A stretch of 64,000 bases of DNA, taken from Dimorphilus gyrociliatus. Its lineage: Eukaryota; Animalia; Annelida. The translations under genes were made by a program, and so were the position numbers. The notes beneath the pieces were generated by a model, which saw only the letters and a program-made list of their open reading frames with translations, was not told the origin of the DNA and did no database searches. The DNA lies in assembly GCA_904063045.1 (NCBI GenBank), contig CAJFCJ010000011.1:434001-498000 (forward strand), given 5' to 3'. Positions within the stretch are counted from its first letter, which is position 1. The number at the start of each line of letters is the position of its first letter. Below, piece by piece: positions 53,173 to 64,000 of the stretch.

Positions 53173-55072
53173 TCAATAATAGAAAAGTAGAAAAATAATA
53201 AAAACTATGGCTTTGATAAAAAAAGTAAAACAGATTTTGGACGTTTTGTTACATAATGTTTCCGGGCAATAACAAACTTCGGTGTTATTAGTCTGAGTGC
53301 AATGTCCTTTGAGCAATGTATAATTGGTTGGTAGGCAGTCTCTCTTAATAAATATTCCTGAAAAATTAAAGAAAGTGATAATAAATTACTGGAAAGAAAA
53401 GGGAATTCAAATTGCTGTAAGAGTATTGTTATCTTTAAGAATTATCGTAATGTAAACCTCTGTGAGTTTGACCCACTTAAAGAAATAACTTGTAAACCGA
53501 TCGCTAAAATGAATAATGACCTTTCGGTGTCTTTGTTTTTTCCTTTGAACATAGTCCAAATGATTCATGTTGGCAAATATGTTTATCTTTTGAAAAAGTT
53601 TCTGAATTATCTTTGAAAGGTTCCGTGCACCATTCGTCTATTGTAGAATCGCACTTCCAACATCTTCCAGCAGCTGAAAAAGAATTTTGCATCTCAACGA
53701 ACTTTTTAGTTTATAACGTAAATTAAGACTTTTTATTTCAGGTTTCCCAAGTCGTAAAAACCGCAATCCATCACAGTATGGTGTTGAGCAACGACACAAC
53801 GTGTAATTATGTCTGAACAGGCAGTTGTCATTCGGAACTACGTCTCCCTCCCGTCTACACCTTCTAGCCAGATAGTAAGTTCCTGTAAATAAAATTGCAA
53901 TTAAATTGACAATATGAAATAATTTCCTTACCACTTTCTTTCAATTCCTCAACAATACATGAAGAATCTGTTTCGCCTTTGCAAATACTCACACCAGCGG
54001 ATAGTGAATATTGACTACTATATTTTGAGTGTCTATTAAGGTATTTACACCAGTTTCCTTCACTCGTCGTTTTACACGACAAACACTTTAAATCTGATGA
54101 GATAAGAGAGATAATAAAAAGAGACTGAATTAAAATTTTATACTTTAAATTTGACTGTTTTCTTACTTTTACTCTTAAGTTTTGCATCGGATGCCAACTC
54201 AAGACACTTCTCATATAAGCACGAACATTGAATTCCTAAATTACTTATTTCGCAATGATAATTTAGGTAAATACGAGATCTTAAGCAATTCCATCGAGTG
54301 TAAAAGCGTTCTTTATAAAGAAAAAAATAATGAAATAGGAAAAATAGAATGATTTTCTTATAAAACCAATACGCTGAATAATACTTATGCATACTATGTA
54401 CAGAATTCCACATTTGAATTATGCTGCAGGATCCAAACCTTCCCACATCACATATTTGTTGCCTCAGCCTTAGATTTCTTACACCGCATTCTGAATTATT
54501 TCTTTCAGAGCACTTTGGACATGCTACAATTAAAGAAAGCTTACAATAAAGGACCTATTCAATTAATTATTTACTTTCTGCTTTGTTGGTCCTTAATCGA
54601 TTCTTCATATCTGGTAGTAAATTACAATAGTTATAGTCACAAAAGCAGGTGATGACTCCTATTCGACGTACACAATTATTGTTTAAATGATAAAAGTTAC
54701 GACCGCATCCTCTCTCAATCACAATGGCATCTTATTTAGAAACAAAAAATATTTCAAAATTATATTAAAATGTATGCTAATTAAATAAAATTAATTAATT
54801 ACCTCCTTCCATTTTTTCAATAGTGTAACAGCCTTCTTCATATGCTGCTTCACAGGTGAAATTACTTCGCGCTTCAGCCTTTACGTGTTTATTAATGTTT
54901 CTACAAATTTCAGGAAATCCATTACAAAGCCAGCATTTTAGTCCTGAAATTTATTAACATAATGCAACTTTAAACAGTTTTGAAAAACTTTTCTCTCTTT
55001 TTTTTTACCTAAATTAAAAATAAAAAGGGAAAAGTAAACAGTCATAAATAAGTATTCCTCTCTTCTAGCCAT
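53173..55072 (-). CDS. Four-domain Ly6/uPAR (three-finger, Quiver/Sleepless-like) GPI-anchored protein
   Basis: Signal-peptide exon (MARREEYLFMTVYFSLFIFNL|G), then four 10-Cys LU domains, each encoded by two exons (LKCWLC..CFCDYNYCN; CPKC..CSCLYEKC; LKCLSC..CRCSTPYCD; RCWKCDS..CYCPETLCN), and a hydrophobic C-terminal tail. Stop at 53173-53175. Confidence 0.82.
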
Positions 55073-56201
55073 TGTTTTCTTGTTAACTTTTAAAGTCCGA
55101 GCAGTACCGAATGTGAAAACATGAAAAACATGGAGAAGCCTATTGCTATAGGCCAAAATATTACAGTTTTATATCAAATTACACAATCGGAAATTATATA
55201 TACAATAGGGAAACCAAAAGAAGAGAAAGAAGACAAAATTCAAGAGAAACGTTCTTTACGAAAGAGTTTTTAATTCTGGAAATATTTTTAAATGATAAGG
55301 TACAAACAGATGCAATTGTTAAGTGAAATGTATGAATGCTGCTTCCAGAGATGATTAAATTTAAAAAAAATGTAGAAATTATAGACAAATAGTTTCTTTT
55401 CAACAAAGTAAATTATCACAGCGCTAAAAAAGATAATTAAAAAACTAGGATATAAATCATAATAATTGAATTCAAGGAAATAAGATATAAAGATATCTAT
55501 ATTTCTAAAAGTAAGAAACATAGAAAAGTAAATAGAAAACCAAACAATTAACAAGAAAATAACCATACACTATCGGTTTTTTTATATTAAAACAATATTT
55601 AAAAAAAAATTTTCCTTTTTAATTATAAGAAAAAACTAGCTTTAAACTATTTTTACACATTGTATTAAATAGAAATACAATTGTAATTATATCTTGTTTG
55701 AGAATTGAAAATTTCATAAATAATAGAATACTTCATACTGACAAGCACTCTTGTAAATTTAAAATAATTGATCATTGATACATAAAACTATAGATTTTAT
55801 TTATTTAGCTGTACATACGAATTTTATACTTTCTTTAGTAATACATACCATTTATGTACACAGTATATAGATTGTATATTTTTGTTATTCAATTCTCCTT
55901 AAGAGAAAATAGACACTTTTAATAATTTTATATAAGATGATTATTTAATAGAATGGTTTTGTTTCCCTCCTTTTCATATCATTACGGTAATTTGATCCTA
56001 AACTCCAGATTCCTTTCGCTTTTTATATACATTGAAATATATTATCACGCTAATTTTAATAAAGTATGACGCAGATTGAAAATTTAGTAATGAACAAAGC
56101 TTTTTCTATAAAGTATATAATCATTTCATTTCGTCATATGAAACAATCCGATTGTAAGTATAAATATTTTTCTCCAGCTTTAATGAACTTTATACATACC
56201 T

Positions 56202-57324
56202 ATGTATACTTTGAACAGAGATAAAATAATAATGGAGAAAGTTTCCAATAGTAGTGAAACTATCTTTCCCCTATATAGTAACATTATAGCTGATGTTTAT
56301 GGTATAGCCGTCATTTTTTGCTTGGGTTCTTTGGGAAATTTCCTTACAATTATAATTCTCCTTCACAAAAGAATATTTCATTTGTCAACAAATATTTTCA
56401 TCTTTAATTTGGCTCTAGCTGATGGTTTTATATGCTTAATTAATGTTTTTCATACTATAGCTTACTATTATTCTGCCATTCATATTCAAATTTGCACCGT
56501 TTATACTGTTGTATTTATATCTTGTGCAAATATTTCACAGTATAGTTTAGCTTTAATTGCAATAAATAGATATTTTTTTGTATTAAAAACCCAAGAAAAG
56601 TATGAAAGTTTATTTTCCTGTAAGCTTTGCTGGGTGTGGTGTATTTCTTTATGGTTTCTGTCTTGGTGCATTGGTCTTTCAACTCTATTTCTCGCATATT
56701 TTAATTTTGATCGTAAGTCTCATTCTTGTAAAGTGAAAAATTATTCCGAAATGAAAACATTTCTTCTTATTAATTCTGTCTGTTGTTTCGTAGTAAATGT
56801 TCTATTAATAGGTATTTTCTATTTAAAAATATATAATGGGATAAGAAAATCTAGAACCAGAGTTATGTCTCTTGCAAATACACTACAAATCGTATCCTCA
56901 TTAACTTCTCAGAAAGGTAAATTAGTAAATAGATTTTTATAAATGATCTATATTTAATAAGGAAGTATACTGCAGCTATAAATCAGATGAAAAGTAATGA
57001 CAGTATAACTATGAAGAAGAGAAGATCAGCGATAAAAGAGATTAATCAATTTTTTTTAATATGGTTTTTATATGTATTGTTTATATTACCAATTATAATT
57101 GATGTTATACTGAGACGGACTAGTACTGTACCCTACATTTACGATCGGTTTGATCTTTTTCATTAAACTATTGACTGCTGTTCAAGTTATTATTTTGCAG
57201 TGTAAGCTATAACTTACTTCGAACGAACTCTACCGTGAATATAATGATATATGTCTGGAATAATAAACAGCTTAGAAAAATCATGAAAGAGCTTTTTTTT
57301 AATAAGGTATGCAAAGCTATTTAA
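56202..57324 (+). CDS. Orphan class A GPCR, paralog of the 21888..22964 gene, 3 exons
   Basis: LGSLGNFLTI, STNIFIFNLALAD, ALIAINRY and RTNSTVNIMIY; the two intron positions and phases match the first GPCR. The start may be the second ATG (MEKVSNSS). Stop at 57322-57324. Confidence 0.88.
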
Positions 57325-57376
57325 AATCTATACTGTTTGTTTATTCAAATATATAATTTGTTTTCATATAAATAAA

Positions 57377-58300
57377 TCAAATAAGAAATTTATTTAATAA
57401 TAAATAGATTAAGCTTGAATTCAAAATCCAAAATAGATCTAACTTTCCCTGACACTTTGCTCCGGCACCGTTGCCAGGTATTGAATCGTGATCCAGTCTA
57501 TATTCCTCTTTTATTCTTGTATAATTTGCCACCCTTTCAAGAAATCCCTCTTTTCCATTACAAAAATTACCAAGACAATAACAATGGTGAGAAGAGCCAT
57601 CATTGAAACAGTTCTCCGTAACAAAAGTGGTGTCAGTATAACAAAGTCTATTAATTACCGCTGTTCCTAAGGAATATTTATAAATAAGCAAATTTTTCAT
57701 CCATTATGTACTTAAAAAATTAATTACCATTTCTAGTATTATTCTGATTAACAGTAGTAAGACAGGATCCTGAGGATATATCCACTTGGCACGTGTAATT
57801 GGCCATCAAAACATCACTCGGTTCAATTTGCAAGTCTTTACACCAGCTTTGATCCTTAGAATTGCATTTTAAGCATTGTATTGCTGAAATTATGCCTTCT
57901 GTAAAAAAATAATGTTAAATATATTTCATATATATACTGTTTAATTGTCTTTTTCGATGTCTAGCCAGCGGAAGTAGATCACAATAATTGGAAGAGCAAA
58001 TACATGATTTGAAAGAATTTTGAATTACACAATTGTCTTTTAAATCTAAGATTTGTAAAGATTCGCAAGTTCTTCTAACATGATAGTAACCTGGTAGAAC
58101 GATAAAATATATCATAAAGTTTAATGAGAAATCTTTCTAGGTAATATACTTACTGTAAGTCGCAATTTCATACGAAACGCATTGTTCATAAGTATCAGCT
58201 TCACAAGTACTCTCTGCCAGTTCCGTTTCATTTAATTTTCTATCTAAATTACTACACCAACTGTTCCTGGAGTGAGATTGACAACTCCAACATTTTAGAG
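57377..58300 (-). CDS. Two-domain Ly6/uPAR (three-finger) GPI-anchored protein; signal exon probably at 59486-59540
   Basis: Four exons give LKCWSC..CICSSNYCD and IQCLKC..CYCLGNFCN (10 Cys each) plus a hydrophobic GPI-like tail. Begins at a phase-1 acceptor (TTCAG|CT CTA AAA TGT). Confidence 0.75.
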
Positions 58301-59330
58301 CTGAATTAGCACAAAAGATTTCATATTTTAAGATGATTATATATCAAACTAATAATATTTGCATTCGAAAGGGTAAGGAAACAAAGTACCTAAATATTAA
58401 TGAGGTTGTCTGTTATATAAATAATAACAAATATATATATATATAATATACTGCATACATATTACAGTATATACATGTAAAAAAATCCTACATTAAACGA
58501 TAATTATATCCTACCTGATGTAACACTACAAGTAATTGAGAAAATGTATAACGTGAGAATCTTCATGATTAACAAACTAGATTTAAACTAAAGTTTAGTA
58601 ATTCATCTCTGGTGGAAGAAAAATGATCTGGAAGAATGCAACCAACCTGCGAACTTTTTATGGATAGGCTAAAATCAAAGGAAGAGCTTGATATACCAAA
58701 AAAAATCTACATTTTTCAGTATTCACATATGCGGTATAACAAGCTAAAGAAAACAAAATTGTTATGCAAAAAAAAATATTAGAAAGCTAGCTCCCTCTCT
58801 TTCTCTTTATTCCTTCCTAACAGAGAGATAAAAATCGGTTTTCGTCTTTGTTTCCTTAATATTTAGAAAACAAATAGAACACCACTTTATAAAATATTGG
58901 CCTAAGTTTTTACCATATGATCAACCATTCTCTTCCAGATTTAACATCGTCTCTCAATAGAATCATACAGAAAAATGAACTTTGGAAAGAAAAATTGAAT
59001 GTCTTCATTCTGTGTGTTAATAGAGACAATAACACGGCTATTATGCTTTATTACGTGTTTTAATTATTTCAGTATTATAGGCAAAAATTAATAGGCTCAT
59101 AAGAATAAATATAGCTATCAATACTTTTCAGATACCTGAAGAAGTAATCATAAAAAAGGAATTTGCGCTTTTTATTTATCGATTCTAGAAAGAAATGACT
59201 AAAAAATTGAGGTAAAGAAAGGTAGAGAAATTATTTTGCAGGTGAAATTCAATCTTAATAATAAAGGTGTTTAATTGATACTGATAAGTTTGTTTATTGT
59301 GTCTCTTTCTATGGTTTTTCCCTACTTTAC

Positions 59331-59540
59331 TATAAGATAAAAATACATTTCTTTCGTTTTCCTCATCTAATCTATTACAAGTGTTAGATGAACAGTAACA
59401 AGTAGCAGTATTCTTTTCAGTTTCATAGAATTTTTTGGCAGTAGGTGAAGGATCCTTGATTGAGGTCATATGAACAATTACTTACCATTTCCCGAGCACA
59501 TGTAGACGAATAAAGATAAGGGCAATAAAATTGCTTACAT
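59331..59540 (-). pseudogene. Damaged 5' part of the Ly6 gene: signal exon with a stop at codon 2 plus half an LU domain
   Basis: 59540-59486 reads M*AILLPLSLFVYMCSGN|G with a phase-1 GTAAGT donor. Only 31 nt later comes ..TATCYCSSNTCN.., the second half of an LU domain, ending at a phase-1 donor. The first-half exon is missing. Confidence 0.55.
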
Positions 59541-60603
59541 CTTTATATTTTAAAGCAACAAAGGAAAATAAGTACTTTATATAGAGCAATTACAATATAT
59601 TTTAAGCAATATTTCATCGTAAAACAAAAGGGTATACTTCTTTCTAGATCGACACAAATAAGTTGATACAAACTTTCTTATATATTATTTATTGAAGTTT
59701 GAAAACAACGAAACAACCAATTAGAATGTGTTTTAACTCAATTAAAAAATACTTTATTAAAAAATTTATTCTACTTTTAAAAGAATTCATAAAGCAATTA
59801 GGAAAATATTTCCAAGCCCTGCAAAGTGAATGGTTTTTTTTTTAAAAAAAAATAAAGTTGAAGATATATAGTATATTATAAATATGTTACTCTTAAGTTC
59901 ATATCTTAGATGTCTATTCAGCATTACATTTATAAACATTATATTTTTATTTTTCTAAAAATGAGTTTCCATGTAAAAAATACATTACTGATTAATAGAA
60001 GAATATTATTATACATATAGCTTACAATATCTTTATAAAAAGTTTTGAACTTGTTTTTCAGACTAATTAGCACGTAAGGCGTTTCCATTTCATGCTTATA
60101 ACATTTCTTTCTATTACAATAAAACTTTGCCGCACTTCAATAAATATATGCTAGCTATATCTTTTCTTAATCTTAGATTTGTAGACTGAACCAGTTTCTA
60201 TCCGTATAATTTGCGTTAAGCGTATCAAGATATTGATTAATGACAATAGAAAGTACTTTCCTATTGTTTTTCTCTTACCTTCGACATATATTGCTAATTT
60301 TTAAATGAACAATCATAATCTCATTGAAGATATCAAACTATCCTTGGAATATTTACTAATTATATAACGCCATCTATTGCAATATATACTAATAGATATA
60401 TTAGTATATAAATTTATACAATATACTGTAAATTAGTATATTTAATCAGAGTATGCTTTAATTTGGAACAAATTCAGTATATTTTTTAATGTTTTGACAA
60501 AACTAAAGACAAAGCATTTAAACTTTATTACTGATAGTGAAAGCTTGTTAAAACTAACATACACTTGATGAAAAGAGAAGAATTTCATAGTACAGTAAAT
60601 ACA

Positions 60604-61871
60604 CTAAGTGAATCCTAACTCTTCAAGAAGACTTTGGGGTTCTTCGCCTTCCTGTTATCAATAAAAAACAAAGCAATAGTAAAAGGAAATTAACAATATA
60701 TATATATATATATAATACATTAAGTTTGTTTATTTGTACAGAGTAATATACATTATACATTCAATGTATATTAGTATCATTTGCTGTTATACTATAATTT
60801 CTGTGCGTATGAATCTTGAGGACAAACATGCTTTATATTACAAAACGATTGTAAATCTTTTCTTATCGTGGTAGCAGTTAGTTACATAGTAATGAATATG
60901 TTAAAAGGGAATTAGTTTACATAACCAAAGATTAAAGAGATTAGTTTTCTTTCCCTTTTTTTTTAAACCTGAATTATAAATCCCAAAATATCCGGTTGAT
61001 ACTTCTCTCTGTTGACATAGTTTTAATAAAATACTGTAAATATTTAGATACTCTTTTTCCCTAGATTTTGCAATGCCGAGTGATTTCCTATATATTTCCT
61101 ACTCAATAAATAAAGATCAACAAACTTCTTGCAAAGCATCTCCGGACGCAACGGCTCTAAGAACGTTCCGTTTAGAACTCTCCTGCACTTCACCTCCTAA
61201 GAGGAATTCATCCAAAATATAATAGGCTTTCTCGAAATTAAAGATAATATCTAGTTCACAAACCTGAAATAAGATACAATAAATAGCTTAATCCTGATTA
61301 ATATAAATATATACAGTATACATATATTAGTATATAATGCATATACTGTATATCATAAGTAAAAGTAAAAGGTACAGTGATTATGAATAAAGTACAACTA
61401 AGTATATAGTAGATCACACAAAGATATTACTTACGTTCCCGAAATACTTATCTAAAAGTTCAACGTATCGATGAATTAATTCAAGTATCATTAACTCATT
61501 ATCATTCTTTTCGACACAACAGCAGAAATACAAGCTGGCGTACCTGTAAAATTTATTCATTAATTTCTTCATGGTTCACTCAACAAATAAATGGCAAACC
61601 TTTTATAAATAACTTTCATGTCCTTCCATTCGATGAAATTACACATTTTTGGCTTTCTTGCAACGACGCTTGTTATTAATTCTCTTATAAATTTCTTCTT
61701 AGTCTTCTCCGGATGAGCAACAAACCATTTTTGTAATCTCAGTTTACCTTGACGGCTGAATAATAGCATGAAATGAATCTGTTGGGACAAATTATAACCT
61801 ATTGACTTGGACGAAACTTTCTTTCTACAAACATTAGCTAAATGACAATAGAAAATTATATAACAAACCAT
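60604..61871 (-). CDS. AP1S: AP-1 adaptor complex sigma subunit, multi-exon
   Basis: M|[61 protein letters not shown], and terminal exon [15 protein letters not shown] with the stop at 60604-60606. Confidence 0.93.
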
Positions 61872-63220
61872 TTTTGTTGTTCAGATTTTCTTATTCTTCG
61901 AGTTATGATCTGCTGTTTAAATTTAGTCCAATTTCTAATACGAAGTCAACCAGTTCAGATAAAAAAGCAGTGAAAACTGGGAGAAGTTTATATTATCTAG
62001 TTACGTTTTAATAGTTAAGGTAGATAAAGCAAAACGTCGAATAGTCACATGATTGTTTATTATTCTCCTATTGGCTAGGTAGGTCGTAATATATGTTTAT
62101 AGCTTGAATAGCGATAAAGCGGATAAGATTTATTAGAATCTTATTAAATATATTATGAGCTATTTAGAAATCAATAAGAATCAAGAGAAGACTTATAGGT
62201 GGTTTTATATTAAGTATTACTAACTTAATGACCACATTGTAACAAAATATAGGTTCTAAGCTAATTGAATAATAACTTTTTATTAAATAACACTCCTTCT
62301 ATCAAAAAGCTTTTATATATTTCTATAAAGTAAATACACTTTTCTACATTCTACTATTTTCTCATGAAAAAAATGTTGTCTGACAGTTTCACTCCATCAA
62401 TAGTCAAACTGAAGCTATTCAATGTCAAAACTATATCTAAATTATTATTTAGTATATTTCTATATATTTTAATGTAATTAATAATTTATAAACAAATAAT
62501 ACAGCTGACATTGATTACTGTTAAAGATTAATTGTTATAATAACTTAACTATTTATACTACTCTCATTCAATATTAACCATATCCTTTAAAAGAAAAATA
62601 CAATATAGAATAATAGAATGTTTAGCTAAGCGTCATATATTATCTCTTCATTTTTAATATCCCCATTATGAGATTATATTAAATTTTCCCTCATCATCCT
62701 CTTCGCGGACTCATATTATATTGAAATAGCGATTAAATGGAAAAGTTAATTTATACATATTTAATTTTATATTTCTATTACAATTATTTTTAATTATTTT
62801 ATATAATCTAATTTACCTTTACTTCATTTATTACTATATTTAGAAAACATAAAAATGTATTAGACTCCTCCAGATTGCTCTATTTGAAATAAATTAAGTC
62901 TAGAATGTTTGTAAAAAGTACAATCATTGTAAATTGCCATTTTAGATTATGTTTAAAAATATGAATTACTCTTTTAGAAGCTTTACTTGATGTCTTTTCA
63001 AGGAAAATAGGTCATGTAAACAGATATGTAAATAGAGTTAGTGCATCCAGTCTCTTAACCGACTTCTTGAAGTTAATAATATTCATTAGGTTCGTGTCGT
63101 TTCCCACATTTTACGCATCAGAACATGGTATTACATGTCACGGAGAGCATTTAATTAACCTCATTTATCTCCATCTTATGCGTCACCTGGTGCTCAGTTC
63201 TCATATTTTCTTAAAACGCA

Positions 63221-63940
63221 ATGGGAGGCTGTTCATCTATTTCCTGTATAGATAGTCTTCTATTTCAGAATAACAATTCACTGACACCTATGTCGCCAAA
63301 TAGACTGGCTAGAGCAAGAAGAAGAGCATCTCAAGCTCCTCCTTCGTTTTCATCTCTGCCTCTCAATGAGAGAGAGGTTATAAAGATGGCTCGGACGTGG
63401 AGAACAATTCAGAGGCAAATGACTAGAGCAGGAAAGCTCATGTTCATACGAATGTTTGAATCGAGTGATGCTGTTCGTTCAACTTTCGAGCAGTTTCGAT
63501 CTGTGGATCAAGTTTCTGATTTGTGGACTAGCAAATCATTAGAGAATCATGCCATGATTGTTATGAATGCCTTAGATGAGGCATTTAGTAATTTGGAGGA
63601 CGAAGAATATGTTGTCGATTTATTACTTATTAATGGTCTATCTCATAGAAGATTCGTTAGTATGACGGCAGCTGTATTTTGGGTAAGTAAAAAGATAATC
63701 CCATTCAACGTTCTTTCAAGTCTCTCTAATTAGAATTACTCTTTTCTCGTAAAAAAAAAGTCAGTTGAAGAACCTTTTCTATTAGCGATAAAAGAGATTC
63801 TCGAAGATAAGTATACCGCATCTACCGAAGCCTTATTTCGCAAGACAATAAAGTGGGTGCTTGAGATATTAATATTTGGTTTTGAAAGTTCAAATGCTGA
63901 AAGATTTGTCAATAAAAAGGATGAAATTAACTTCATGTAA
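63221..63940 (+). CDS. N-terminally acylated globin (globin X-like), 2 coding exons
   Basis: MGGCSS myristoylation/palmitoylation-type N-terminus, CD1 Phe, distal His (LENHA), proximal His (GLSHR), an intron after VFW, and second exon SVEEPFLLAIKEIL..*. Stop at 63938-63940. Confidence 0.85.
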
Positions 63941-64000
63941 GTTTTTACTACTCTGTATCACAAGTAAGTGAAAAATAATAATTAAATAGGGTTGTTGAAG

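Noticed and set aside
58344-58364. MQILLV*YIIILKYEIFCANSALKCW: apparent signal peptide with an in-frame TGA (readthrough or selenocysteine?)
   Set aside because: The LU exon begins at a good phase-1 acceptor at 58301, matching the exon pattern of the paralog, so this upstream frame is most simply intronic coincidence. No SECIS evidence.
61061-61087. Alternative AP1S terminal exon EITRHCKI*
   Set aside because: The exon at 60604-60651 matches the conserved sigma-1 C-terminus; this nearer one has no conservation support, though alternative use cannot be excluded.

Overview
This is eukaryotic, animal DNA: strongly AT-rich, gene-dense, and full of short spliceosomal GT-AG introns (mostly about 50-70 nt). 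The gene content points to a compact-genome invertebrate bilaterian, probably a spiralian; this is inference and the species was not identified. About 20 protein-coding genes can be hand-spliced. In order they are RYBP/YAF2, PX-domain SGK, an AlkD-type DNA alkylation glycosylase, PPP4R4, TMED10, an orphan class-A GPCR, a double-THAP protein with a truncated P-element transposase remnant, a Fuseless-like protein, CCZ1, an uncharacterised CCHC-knuckle protein, DNAJB13, OSBPL9, an SLC25 carrier, a giant DBF4 with no coding introns, an orphan gene, RERGL, a cluster of tandem multi-domain Ly6/uPAR (three-finger) genes interrupted by a second GPCR paralog, AP-1 sigma, and an N-acylated globin X-like gene. 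No rRNA, tRNA or CRISPR was seen. The most unusual items are: (1) a six-exon animal gene for a bacterial-type AlkD glycosylase with the key active-site motifs intact; (2) a domesticated-looking THAP-THAP/P-transposase derivative with no catalytic domain; (3) a Chiffon-sized DBF4 whose tail carries four KLKIK-type motifs resembling ET-domain ligands; (4) a four-domain three-finger protein next to a decaying paralog; (5) a possible Polinton-type polB fossil. All homology calls come from motif recognition by eye, and exon boundaries are manual predictions.
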